Part shown: in pieces, positions 49,069 through 62,067 of the stretch
Numbering within the stretch: position 1 is the stretch's first letter
Layout of the letters: every line of letters begins with the position of its first letter
Origin: Sphyrna mokarran
Taxonomy: Eukaryota
Assembly (NCBI GenBank): GCA_024679065.1
Contig: JAGIQG010000021.1
Span: 30,318,001 to 30,382,000, forward strand
Length of the DNA: 64,000 nt
Direction: 5' to 3'
Notes under the pieces: generated by a model
Told to the model about the DNA's origin: nothing
What the model saw: only the letters and a program-made list of their open reading frames with translations
Database searches by the model: none
Position numbers and translations under genes: made by a program

Positions 49069-51895
49069 AGGTGGAATTTTACTAAGTGTCCAGTTAGCAT
49101 GAAACCGGGAAAGTTTTTGACCCGTTTTTTGGGCAAAAGGTTTTTCACATCCAATCTTATGCACTCATTTTTGAAAAAGTGTGCTAGATTATTTCTAGCC
49201 ATTAGTGGCAATGATTGGGGCTGTATTCGCCAAACAGTCAACAGCTCAGATTGGAGCCACAAACTGTGCATGTGCAGAAAAAGCTAAAAGAAAAGCAGCT
49301 CTCCTGCTGTAGAACCCATCTTCCCTTCCCCTGTGTCAGATACAGCCTTCCCACCCACACCCAAAAAACATCATAGACCCCCCTGCAACATTACTGACCC
49401 CCTTATCCCCTCATTGGACCCTATTGCACATGGCTCATTCATCACCCACCTGGGCTCCAATGGCTGACTGACATGACCTCTCTTTCTGCTGCTCCTGATC
49501 GTCACAGAGGCAGAAATCCATCCCATCCACCACCATCAGCATAGCTGCAAGTGCTGACTTGGTTTCCCCCTCCATGGTAATGAAATGAAAATTATTAAAC
49601 TCGCTGAATGCTCTAACGGGCGTGTGACTCATCCAAACTGCCTGCAGCTAATCTGCCCTAACAAGGGAGAGCTCCATAAAAACTCCAAGGATGGACAGAC
49701 AGGCAGTAAGAAATGGTCTCTAGGAAAACAGCTCTCTATTTTTCTGAAGCTGATCTGGCCAGGTTGCTGGAGATGGTGGAGGTAAGATCCAACATTCTCG
49801 TCCCCACAGCAGGACACCAGGGGAAGGGATGGAATTGCAGCTTGGGGTTGGTGGCAGCATGTATCAGTGCCAGGGCACTGGCCAGGAGAACATGAAAGCA
49901 ATGCCGCAAAAAACTGAATAGCCTCATCCAAGCAGTAAGAGTCAGTGTTCAACCTCATCCAGCATCTTCGTCCCTCACACCCAAGCACGTCCCTCTTCCA
50001 TACCAAGAGTATCACAACCCTTGGTCTCTGAGGGCCATCCCCGGATACCCTTCAGGACTTTGTGCCTCAGATTCTATATGGCTTCTTCTGTCTCCATGGG
50101 AAAACAATGCCCATAATCGATAGGTGGTGTGCCGGAGATTCGTTTCCTCACCCTATTCGAGAAGCGGGCACTGGAGTTTTTGGGAGAGGAAGGGATGTGG
50201 ACAGTTAGTGCCAGAATGGTCACGCTGGAGCATAAAAGAGAGAACCTGCGAATCTTCTACTTGTTGGGGAAATCTCAAGTAAGTTGCACGCAGCCCAGAT
50301 TTCTCTCCCTGCCTTGCAGTTAATCTTGTGCCCTGTGTTGCAGGAAGAGACCCGTTGTGCCTGGGCCGTCTGGCATCGTGGCTCTCACTGCTGCTCCCAC
50401 CCATCCTACCCCTGACAGCTGGGAAGGCTTCTTGGAGGAAGCCAATGAAGGGAGCTCTGAGGCCGGCACCAGTTTGGTATCAGCTTCCACCTCGCAATTC
50501 ATCATCCCAGAGACTCTGGCGTGAGTGGGTCAATTTAGCGGTGCAGTATCTGGGTCACTCTCTGGTGTGCACAGCACACCTGCTGATGTACATCAGGTGG
50601 AGAAGGAAATGTCCGAGGCCTCTGGCATGCAGGGCCTGCTGGAGGCGAGGACTCAGCTAACCCCAGGCTATATGCTGGGCCTCTGCGATCACTTCTCTCT
50701 CAGCTGCAGCATGGGAGCCAGTGAATGCAGGAGGAGCTGTAAGCTACACTGAACTAACTGTGAGGGGGGGGGGGTCCCAAACTTACAGGCGGACCAGCTA
50801 AAAGTTGTCTTGTGTGCTTCCCAGGCTAACAGTGCGAAGGTGGTGTCTACCTGTGGTAGGAAATCTTCACCATGAGTGCCAGGATCCAAGCAATGGCCTA
50901 GTCACAGCTGAGGGCCTCAACAGGCTTCTTGAGATTCCGTGGCCCATTGCTGAGAGGCCGCAGAGCTTTGCAGATTTAGTGGGACAGCGCTGAGGCACAG
51001 CAGGCTATGACAGTAGCTTTTGAGAACCTGACCCAGTCACACAAGGCCATGGCGAAGGGACTGCAGAGCACGGCCCAGTCTCAGAGAGCACTTGCTGTTG
51101 TCGTTGACAGATGGCCCTGGCACAGAGGCCATCGCTGATGGCTAAGCCACCAGGACGAGTCCTCCAGGACTGGCAGGGCCAGGTGAATCTGGAGCTTCTG
51201 GACCTCTCTGTAGCAGCACTGAAGTCCTTTGGGGTGACCCAGGGGTCCACATGAAACCCCCTCTTTTGCTTGCAATTCATCCTGCTGATCCTCCTCACAA
51301 ACACATGCCCCCCCCAGAACCCATGCAGTAATGGTCACAGTGCTGCTTGACAAGTCCTGAGGCTGCAGCACTGCCACTTCAGAGAATTTTCATCCCATTC
51401 CTCATCAGCAACAGTCCTGCATGAGGACCTAGAGTCGATGCTTAGAACCAAAGTCAGCGCTTTGACCTGGGTCTGTGCTGAAGGCCAAAATCAACGCCTA
51501 TCCCCCCACCCAACATGGTCACCATGAAACAATCCCCCCTCCACCCCGAGCAGCATGGAGCAGTTGAAAGTAGAGACTCACTTCCTCTCTCACCCGCACT
51601 GCGCAAGTGCCTGAATGCGACTTTTACACATGAGATGTTTTCCTAACCGATCCAGCTGCAGTGAGTGAGGTCGGTAAGGCAGGTGAGCTGGGATGATTGG
51701 GAGTGAAGTTCACTGATTACATCATGGTTAGTGCAAGAAGAATGCACGTTAACATTTTGTATATTTGGTCGGGGTCCCAATTTCACTGCTATTTTGTCTT
51801 GGCATGAAAACCAGTGCCATTCCTACTAATCACATCATGACCGCTTTTACGATGTTTTTGAGAAATGGGTGCAATGAGGTTGTAAAATTTCACCC
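49069..51895 (+). mobile_element. Harbinger/PIF-type DNA transposon with a degenerate spliced Myb/SANT-like gene and no recognisable transposase
   Basis: TIRs aggtggaattttac / gtaaaatttcaccc with a 3-bp TSD tgg. FSEADLARLLEMVEVR...VAACISA...RRT*KQCRKKLN at 49713-49930; AHN..GGVPEIRFLTLFEKRALE at ~50105-50180. Confidence 0.8.
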
Positions 51896-53544
51896 TGGCT
51901 TCAGGCCAATCCTGTTCTTGATATACGACTATTGAATTTAACAGTCATTTGCCAAGGGAAAGTTGTGTTGCGCTCAATGAATTGCTTAACTCTTTGAAGC
52001 CCTTCTTGCTTTTGATATTTTTACAGAGCGAAGTATTAAAATATCGTTTCCATTATACCTGCTAACATCGAGAAACTGACTTCAAAGCAAAATACTGAAG
52101 ATACTGAAAATCAGAATAAAAACAGAAAATGCTAGAAAAACTCCAATATGACAGTAAAAATGAGTCATATCAGACTCAAAATATTGGGGTGAATATTATC
52201 ATCTCATCCAGCAGGGGATATGGAGTAGGCAAGGGACTGACCGTAGAAAAGTCAGTTGACTGGGAGAAGGGGGAGTCGGCGGTTTGGTTTAGGGGTGAAC
52301 AAGATCGGAAAATCCCACCGCTAACTTTGTTTCTCTCTCTGTAGTTGTTGCCTGACCTGCTGAACATTTCCAGCATTTTCTGAACTCATTATTACTGAGA
52401 AACTGATAGTCAATGCGTAAAAATGAACACTTTTAACTCAAGAAAAGAACTAAAGATTGGATTGTAAATAGAAAACAGATTGTTTTTGATTGAGGTCTCC
52501 ATCTGTAACAGTCTGTTCACAACATTGCAAGCATATTTGCCAACAGGCAAACCTCTGACAACATGCACTCCATCATTAAATCCACTTATTTCCACCCACT
52601 TGGCTCAGCTATCCTACAGCCTCAGTTTTCCAGCTGCTGAAATCCTCATCCATAACTTTATCATCTCCAGATGTGTGACTTTTGGAACATACTTTTATTG
52701 CCTCTCATGTTTTACTTTCTGTAAATTTGAGGTCGTAAGCTTGAGGATGTCTTTGTCCAGGTCCTAACTCAGAACTTTCCCAGTCAGGGCAGTTCACGAA
52801 TGCCTATGAGTGAAACACCATTTCCAGCCCCTTCCTGAAGTAGGCTGAGCAGAGGGGACTCTGAAAATAATATTCCATGCTGGATATGCAGTCACAAGTC
52901 TAAGAGATGGGAGACCTATAGAACCACATAACCATAGGAAAGTTACAGCACAGAAGGAGGTCATTCAGCCCATCTTGTCCCTGCCAGTCCCAGGACACCA
53001 AGGTGCCCTTTATAATCCCAGCTTACTGCAACCAGCCCATAGCCTTATAGCTTGCAGCACTTAAGGTGCAGATAACTCTTCTGAGAAGAGTTTAGGGTCT
53101 CTGCCTCCACCATCAACTCAATCAGTGAATTCCAGACACCCACGGTTTATCCAGGGAAACTATGACAATCGGACAATGTCAATCCCACTGCAGCCTTCAT
53201 CTATCTTCATAGCTGTTGATATGAACATGTGTCTCATTCATTCCCCTGTTCCGATTGAAGACTTGAAACATGTATGTTAATAGATGCTCCCTCCTCCAGA
53301 TCCATCCAGGTCAGTGTAGCACATTCGCCTTCTGCACCTTTTCGATGGGACAATGCTAGTGGAAAGACAAGCTGTGAACAGAACGATAATGAGTCTGCCT
53401 CCCTCAGATGTGAGATTCAGTACCATTGGGAAGGTAGAGACATTACGCACAAAACATCAACTGAAGCTTTCACTTAGCATAACTTTAGTGTAGTGGATAT
53501 TGAGGCACAAAAGGACATTTTAGGACAGGTTACTTTTTCAGTTG

Positions 53545-53832
53545 TAAAACTTATTTATTCATCACAAATAAGTTCACATTAATACTGTAACAAAGTTACT
53601 GTGAAAATCCCCTAGTCGCCACATTCCAGTATCTGTTCGGGTACACTGAGGGAGAATTTAGCATGGCGAGTCAACTTATCTTTGGACTGTGGGAGAAAAC
53701 TGGAGCACCTGGAGGAAACCCAGACAGACATGGGGAGAGTGTGCAAACTCCACACAGACAGTGACCCAAGCCAGGAATTGAACCTGGGTCCCTGGCACTG
53801 TGAGACAGCAATGCTAACCATGTGCCACCATG
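53545..53832 (-). mobile_element. HE1/V-type SINE
   Basis: V core, head and tail. Confidence 0.8.
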
Positions 53833-56800
53833 CAACCCATCAGAGACAGTTGTTAAGGAGCAAATTAAAAATGATATATATAAGCTACACTGTCCCAAAC
53901 ATCAATGCAGCATACCCAGAGCTGGCTCATGATTATTTTGAATATTGAAGGCCATAGTTGTAATTGTCTTTGGTTTTGTCAGTGACATTATACAGTTAAT
54001 TGCTTAAGTCTGATAATAGGAACTTAAAACAGTGTGTGAGTTAGAGCTAATCGTGAATCCAATAATTATATTCATAATTTAAAATATCGAGATTGCATTA
54101 TTGGTTTCCCATAAACAATAGAAAGTTCACAAGAATTGTTACTTGTAGAGAGCTATTGACATTATCGCCAGAATTTTACCATCTTGTCCGCCCCGGAATT
54201 GCAGAGGCTCAGAGAACGAAATTCTCCAATGGCATCAGGCAGGATTTTACGAATCTTGCCTGAGCGAGGTCTTAAAATCTCGATCAATAAATATGAACAT
54301 GAAATGTGCATGTACACATAGCTTATTAGCTTTGTACTTTTACATTGCGTTTAAAATTCGATAACTTGATTAACTTGAAATTGCTTCAACAATTTATGAC
54401 ATGTAATGATCGGAATTTGAACCCCAGGTGACATGGATTCTCCAAGTAAAGAAACAGAAAGTCTAACTCAGCACTTTTTAATTCTATTTATGGAAAAAAT
54501 ATCAAGTAAGATTTTAGATGAATTTTGTTGAACTATTGCAGTAATAAGCATGTTTGCTACAATGCCTGGTTAAATTAAATTGAAATTGCCAATGTGAAAT
54601 ATCTTTGTCTCCTTTCTGCAAGTGGGGATGTTTTGCATTGCGAAATCTTGCTCCCAAATGACAGTCCATGTCCAATTCCTCTGTCAGAGGAATTGTAAAT
54701 TAATGTTTACAGAATGAATAAACAAGGGCAGCATTGTCTGATTCAGTTACTGAGCCAACCCTTACTACAGAATTCGATTCAAGCAGACTGTAACATATTA
54801 ATATTCATGTTGACATTGACTTCATTTGAGTGAGTCTGCGAAACAATACCTTCAAGTTGCATTTTTATACTGTCTTTAATTTTGCAAACATTCTGAAACT
54901 TCACAAAAATGTTTATCAAACAACATGTGACATTGAGCAACTTAAGGAGATTTCAGGACAGTTGCTAAAGTGTGTCTCAAAGGAGAATGGTACACTGGAG
55001 AGAGTTTAGGGCCTGGGCAGTTGTGAGTGGACCCACCACTGACGGTGTGAATAAAATTAGGAATGTGCAGAAAGCCAGAAGTGGGGGTGCGCAGAGATCC
55101 GGGAGGTTATAGGCTATAAGAGATTCCAAAGGTGGAGACTGGACAAGGTCATGGAGGGATTTGAAAATAAGAATTAGGATTTAGTAATCTGAGGCATTGC
55201 TGGACTGGGAACCAATTCAGATCAGCCAGATCGTAAATCTCTGGAAAACGTAGGAACATTACCATATGTAAAAACACATAAAGGCCTGAATATTTTGGCC
55301 TCATAGCCACTGCAAGTGAGGATGGAGAATTTGGCGCTCAGCCGGATCAGGAAATCCCGTTAGCATGAAAATTCCACCCAAGGCATGAAACGTAACAGCT
55401 TTCTCTGAGAGGCTGCAACATTCCTGTATTTAAATGTGTTCCTCATTAAGAACAGCGTAGTAATTGGATTTGTTGTTCCTTCCTCCTGTCAATTAACATG
55501 AATGACACTAGGGGAGTGGTAGAAAGATGGTGATTGGCGTATAAGCGTAACAGCGTGTTTTCTCAATAAGAGTTAAGTTTATTTGCACCAAACCTGCTCT
55601 TCCCTCAATTTATTACAAAGTGATGAGCTTGTTATTCAATAGGAGAACAATTTGGACCAATACTCTTATTTGCTGTTTTTACTGTTCCATTTTAAAGTAT
55701 CATCAGACAACAATTTTATGAAATTGGACACACAGTATGAAAACAGACTAAAATTACACTCAGAACCTCCCCACTAAAGGTCACAAAAGAACAGACACAG
55801 ACTAGCAGGCAAGAGCATGCTTTTAGAATGCAAATGAGGACTAGCACACAGGGGAAGCTGGACAGAATGGCACCTACAGAAAGTGAATTAAAAAACACAT
55901 CCCCACACCACCAAATCAGCACTTCTAACTTAATCAAACAACCCGCTGTGGAGACACCTAAAGATTAGCATAACTAAGGAAGCATCTCTGGCCCCTCAAA
56001 CTTCCTGAGAATAATCACACACCCATTGTTCAAACCCCAGAGATTACTAGACCCTGGGTCTGTAGTGGTCATTTCGCCCACTCGCACTAACCCTGGAGAT
56101 TCGAGACCATTAATAACCAAACAGACAAGAACGATTAACACATACGATTAACCCAATGTTCCAATACTTGAAAACATCGAGGCAGGATGGCTAAAGTCGA
56201 ATACTATAAATAAAGCATTAGCATTTGAATTGTGCAATACACCGGAGTTCAGGTATAACTGTAGGCTATTGCTGCGGGTTTTTAGTGTGCTTTCAGGACA
56301 GTTTGATTGTATGTCCTGACTGCACCTCCCCTGACGTAAAAGAAAGTAAAGCTGTGCCGTTGTTGTCGAGTAGTGGTCTAGTCCCTGGGTCCATAATGGT
56401 CATTTCGCCCACTCACGCTAACAAAGGCTGTCAAGTAAAGTGGTGGAGGCAGGTACTCTGCAGTTATTTAAGAAATACTTAGATGGGCACATGAACAGAA
56501 TGGGAATAGAGGGGTATAGAAAACTGATTTAAAATAGGGATCATGAGCCTTGGGAGTCCCTGGGAAGTGTGTAAATAGATGATGATATCGATGTACTTGT
56601 TTTTATCCTACAGGTGCTTTGGTCCGCCTTGTCCAACAAGGGGCATACACGCGATGGGTCGTGAGAGGGCTGCTCATAAAGGGCATTGTTGGCATTTTAC
56701 ATTAAAGTGGTCTCACTGCTTCAACGTTTGCTGCTGAATGATGCTCACTCATTCCAATTAGTGGTGGAGATTGTGCTCAAAGTGGTACCATATCCTTGCC

Positions 56801-57391
56801 CTACATTTGTTGTTCACTTTTTGGAATGAGATACAAGTCCCCTTTGATAACTGTCGCTGTGACCTACTGTATTACTAAGGCAAAGCAAACTGTCCCTCCT
56901 ATCCAATTTCACGATTTTGGTAATTCTAATAATTTTTAGGCTGTGTAAAATCTGTAGATTTTATTCCTTACCCACTTTATAAATGGTTTAGTTTGAATTA
57001 CTATAAGTTAGATTTTTTTCCGGGAAGGCTTGTTTGTGAGAAACAGGCATTGTTTTATGACTTAAGTGACCTAAGATTCTGTAACCAGTTGCTCTATTTT
57101 TGAAGATAACAAATGAGTTTATGTTTTCTCAGATCGTGCCAAACAAAACTCTGTAGTTGTTGTTATCCCCAATGGATCTCAAGACTTTCATTTTCAAAAT
57201 GTTATCAAGATCACTACTGGGATATCTAGAGGCAGCTGCCTCCCTTGTCTTGCCAGTACTTCTGCTTATCTAAAGCAATTATGCAGTTCATTTCTGAATT
57301 CAAGCCTTCAACTATTTGGGACTTTTCCTTTTGTTGTTTGAAATCCTCCCCAAAACTAAACAGACTTAACTTTTTGTGTTTCTCACTCCTC

Positions 57392-57892
57392 ATAAATTAT
57401 AAGAAGGATGTGGAAACATTGGAGAGAGTGCAGAGGAGATTTACCAGGATACCACCTGGTTTGGAGGGTAGATCTTATAAGGAAAGGTTGAGGGAACCAG
57501 GGCTTTTCTCTTTAGAGCAGAGGAGGATGAGAGGCAGCTTATTAGAGGTTTATAAGATGATGAGGGGGATAGATAGAGTGGACGTGCAGAGACTATTTTC
57601 TTGGGTGGATGTAGATGTTACTATAAAGTTCATGGTGGGAGATATAGGAAGGATGTCCAAGGTAAATTTTTTACTCAGAGTGTGGTTGGGGTGTGGAATG
57701 GACTGGCTGCTGTGATGGTAGAGTCGGACACTTTAGGAACTTTCAAGCAGTTATTGGATAGGCACATGGAGTGCACCAGAATGATAGGAAATGACAGAGC
57801 TTGATCTTAGGTTTGGACATAGCTCAGCACAACATTGAGGGCCAAAGGGCCTGTACTGTGCTGTACTGTTTTATGTTCTATGTTCTGTTCTA
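57392..57892 (+). mobile_element. CR1-type LINE 3' end
   Basis: YKKDVETLERVQRRFTR...GLFSLEQRRMRG.LLEVYKMMRGIDRVD; tail tatgttctatgttc. Confidence 0.88.
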
Positions 57893-58089
57893 ATTCTCCC
57901 TGTAACTTGAATGTAAATAGATGGCTCCAATGTCAGCCCCTTTCATTGCAGTGAAATTTGTGTGGGAAATTTTCCACATTTTCCATTACCTACATCTTTT
58001 ACTTCCCTGACATGAATCCCTCTATCTCTTCTTAGCTGTTCTAATACTCCTTCAACATTCCATCTCTTCTATTTTGCATTTTTTCATGA

Positions 58090-58985
58090 AGCTTGGGCAT
58101 TGCTGGCTAGGCCAGCAATTTTATTTCCCATTCCTAATTGCCCAGAGGGATAGTGATGGTGAACTGCCGTATGAACTGATAGGAGCACTCACAGGGCTAT
58201 TAGGGAGAGAGTGCCAGGATTTTAACCCAGTGACAGTGAAGGAATGGTGATATATATTTCCAAGTCACTTGTCTGGGGCTTGGAGTGGAAGCTGGAGCTT
58301 GTTCCCATGCATCTGCCGCCCTATCTTTCCAGGAGATTATATGTTCAAAGGTGTTTTTGATGAAGTCTTGGTGCATTGCTGTAGTGCTTCTTGTAGTTGG
58401 TACATACGGTTGCCACAATGCATTGATGGTAGAATGAGTCGATTTTGAAGGTGATGGAAGGGATGCCAATCACACTGTCCTGGACAGTCCTGTGCTTCTT
58501 GAGTGTTGCTGGAACTGCACACATCCAGGGAAATGGAAAGTATTCCATCACATTCCTACGTCTTACAGATAGTAGACTTGCTTTGGGAGTTAGGAGATCA
58601 AGTATTCTCTGCAGAATTCCCATTCTCTGACTTGCTGTTTCAGCTACAGTACTTATATGGCTGGTCCAGTTCAGTTTTGGACAGTAGTAACAACCAGAGT
58701 GAATCAGCAATGGTAATGCCATTGAATGCCAAGGGGATATGGTTGGTTTCTCTCTTGCTTAAGATGGTCTTTATCTGAAACTTGTGTGATGTTAATGCAA
58801 CTTGTCACTTCCAGCTGAAGGCCTGAATATTTGCTGCAAATGGGCATGGATTGCTTTAATATTGAAGAGTTGCAAATGGTGAATGTTGCGCAATTATCAG
58901 TGAAGGTTCGAGTTCTTACTTTTCGATGCAGCTGAAGGAGGTTGGGCACTAATGTGAGGAGTTCCTGCAGCGATGTGCCAATATT
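58090..58985 (-). mobile_element. Degenerate CR1/L2-clade LINE 3' region
   Basis: KLNWTSHISTVA..ASQRMGILQR...VMEY.P..WM motif. Confidence 0.75.
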
Positions 58986-59254
58986 CACCTCCATCTACTG
59001 GGGTAAAGCACATTTATGTTACAGCTAATTCTCATTTATTACCCTCTAATATCTATCTTAAAATGGACATGCTGAAAAAAAAGCTATCCTAAACAAAAAT
59101 CACTTTGTTATAAGAAAACATGTAATAAGGAGTTCCTGACCTATAATGTTTACATTTACTGCCGTAAACCTAATAGACACAACAGACATAAACATTTTCA
59201 TTATTGTTAATAATTTACCAACTATTAATTACTAACTGTTTCAACTCAATGGAC

Positions 59255-59525
59255 TGAGTTATTGGGAGAGGTTGCAAAGGCTAGGACTTCTTTCTTTGGA
59301 GCGGAGGACACTGAAGGGTGATCTTATAGAGATGTATAAGATCATGAGAAGCATGAATAGGGTGAATGCATTTAATTTTTTCCGGGGTTGGAAATCGAGA
59401 ACTAGGGGGCATAGGTTCAAGATAAGAGGGGAAGGAATTAATGGGAACCTGAGGAGCAACCTTTTTACACAGACAGTGGTATGTCTGTGGAATTGGTACT
59501 GGAAAAAGTGGTTATGGTAGGGGCA
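59255..59525 (+). mobile_element. CR1-type LINE fragment
   Basis: LGLLSLERRTLKGDLIEMYKIM...SRTRGHRFKIRG. Confidence 0.8.
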
Positions 59526-60519
59526 TTGACAACATTCAGAAAATCAGGGGGCTGGTCATGTGCACATTTTGTGCAGGAATGTCTGCCCACCTGTCCATTC
59601 TTGACTTTATAATGGAGCTGCCCCTTGTTAGGGCAATCAGCCGCATAAAGTTTGGCAGAGCATTCCAGCAAGTTACATGGAATTTGCTTGTTGGCATTGA
59701 GGGGAAGGCAAGTGACCACTTGCAGGTGTGCTGATGGAGAGGCAGGGAAGGACAGGGTCAGTTCCTCAATCATTGTGGAAAGGGGAAAGAGAGGCTGTCA
59801 CACAACCATCAGTGTCCAGAGGAGATGGGGGCCTTGTGCAGGAGGCTGAGGGGGGATCTCCTCCCTGCCTGATAGTTTGCAAGGTGGGAGTGGGGGAGCA
59901 GGGTGGATCGCTTTGCCTGATATAGGTGGAATGGAAGGCAGGGTCCTCTTCTTGTCTGAGGTCAGTGGGTGGGGAAAGGTAAGGGATGGGGGGAGCGGGG
60001 GGGGGGTCCGCTGCCTGAGATCAGTGGGGGAAAGGGAGAGGGGCATGTGATCAGTGTGGGTGGCGGGGGTGGAGGAAAAGGGGATCAAAAATGTTGTGGG
60101 GGATGGGGCAATGTTTGTGGAAGCCAGTGGAGGAGGAGGGGGAGAGGCATTGTCTGGCCCGGGAGGGGTATGGCAGGGAAGCGTTATTCTTGCCTTTTTT
60201 CTGCGCATGTGCAGTTGGAGGTGCCGATCAGAGCTGCAGGATTTCGGATATGTTAAACCCCATCAACAGGCTTCTACAGCATGATTTGGAATCACTGATA
60301 CTTTTGCAGGCAGAGAACATGTAGCGGCGCCTGAGAACGGGCCGAAAAGTTGGATCTGAAACACTCCCAGTTTGAAGTCCGCCCAGCACTTAGAATCAAG
60401 ATAATAAACTAGGGTGCAAAGGGTGGGATTTTCCAGTTGCCCCTCCCCCCACCTTCCCCGAGACTGGAAATTTAACAAATATTTAAACATTCTGCTGAAT
60501 TTTCCTTCTCACCATGATA

Positions 60520-61110
60520 ATTCTTATAGTAGGCGGGACTGGAAAATTCTCCCCAGTATTCCAACTGGAGTCTGAATCCTGTGTTTTACAGAGGGTTTAA
60601 CATGACTTCCTTGCTTTTTCACTCAGTGCCTCTGTTAATAAACCTGAGGTTTGTTAGTTGACATGTTTATTGAAAATTAATTATGTAGCATTATTATTCT
60701 TTCCATTATGTGGTAATAAATTAGTGAGCCTGTAACTCAACTGCCATAACTATCATATTACATGCTTAATTAAATGATACAGATCAACAGAGAAAACATT
60801 CAGAACTGCTTATGTTCTTTGCTACACCTACTCTCGACTAATTGGTAGCAACAACTTCCAAAGAAATTCCAAAATTGAAACATAATACCCGATGTAGTTT
60901 GAGGCAGTCTGGATTTGTGTAGAATTGTACAGACCTATATCCTGTGATGCATACTCTCCACAGTAGAGTATTGTTTATTCTCTTGCCTTTGTTTTCAGCT
61001 TGTTTAACAAGTATCATTGCCATTCTCAAGACACCATTTTTGCCTTCCTCTTTTTTTTATTTTAAATATTCATTCAGTTTCATTGCATATAATTCAAATT
61101 GTCTTTAAAA
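60520..61110 (-). repeat. Right arm of the inverted duplication (partner 46990-47945)
   Basis: For example gtgttttacagagggtttaacatgacttccttgctttttcactcagtgcctctg is the reverse complement of 47826-47879. Confidence 0.85.
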
Positions 61111-61112
61111 CG

Positions 61113-61345
61113 CTGGCTGTGCAGAGTCTGCATGTTCTCCCCATATCTGCGTGGATTTCCTCTGGGTGCTCCGGTTTCCTCTCACAGTCCGAAAGACGTG
61201 CTGGTTAGATGCATTGGCCATGCTAAATTCTCCCTCAGTGTAGCCAAACAGGCACCAGAGTGTGGCGACTGAGGGATTTTCACAATAATTTCATTGCAGT
61301 ATGAATATAATTCTACTTTTAACTCGAATAAATAAATAAACTTTT
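61113..61345 (+). mobile_element. HE1/V-type SINE, 5'-truncated
   Basis: V core and tail. Confidence 0.75.
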
Positions 61346-61751
61346 TCTATGGTTTAGCCTCAATTTCACAATTTGATGTCAATTTCACAACTTCGTTATT
61401 GACCACAATCACGTGATAGTCACAGGTTGAATCCGGCAGGAACCTTTTTTGCTGACCTGATTTTTTAATTCTCACAAGTCAGGCTTTTTCTTTGACATTT
61501 CTATCTAGCAAAGATCATTTTGAATTCTGACCATTCCAGAAAAGTGCTTTGATGTTATTTTGAAGAATTTTTTAAAAAATTTCAATTGATCAGAAACTCC
61601 AATGTTAATTTCCTGTGCAAAATTAAGGCTCAAAATTATGTTCTTGAAATAGGTAAGTGATTTGTGGTTTGTGATTTGAGGAATTAATGAAATGATCCCT
61701 AAATGCATTGACAATAAAAAATAGAAATACAGGGATATAACCAATTTCCTT

Positions 61752-62067
61752 TCATAGAATCAATAGTGCAGAAAGAGGCTATTTGGCCCATCAAATCTGC
61801 ACCAACCACAATCCCACCCAGGTCCCATCCTCGTAACTCCTCATATTTACAGTCCGAATCCCACTGAAACTAAGTGGCAATTTATCACGGCCAATCAACC
61901 TAACCCACACATCTTTTACTGCGGGAGGAAACTGGTGCACCTGGAGGAAACCCACGCAGGCATGGGGCGAATGAACAAACTCCACACAGATAGTGACCCG
62001 AGACTGGAATTGAACCCGGATCCTTGGTGCCGTGAGGCAGCAATGCTAACCACTGCACCACTGTGCT
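61752..62067 (-). mobile_element. HE1/V-type SINE
   Basis: Full head, V core and catagaatc tail. Confidence 0.8.

Noticed and set aside
52410-52595. ORF with GKYACNVVNRLL resembling an Ig C-domain end (possible fourth paralog)
   Set aside because: No N-terminal half or splice sites. The adjacent 52585-52770 is a plus-strand L2-type fragment (LS..AAEILIH.FI.SR).
53160-53480. Non-repetitive stretch with vaguely Ig-like peptides (ASLRCEIQYHW on plus, GAEGECATLTW on minus) and a minus-strand acceptor at ~53372
   Set aside because: Motif spacing is wrong, there is no second Cys or GYP, and there are no partner exons, so an exon call cannot be supported.
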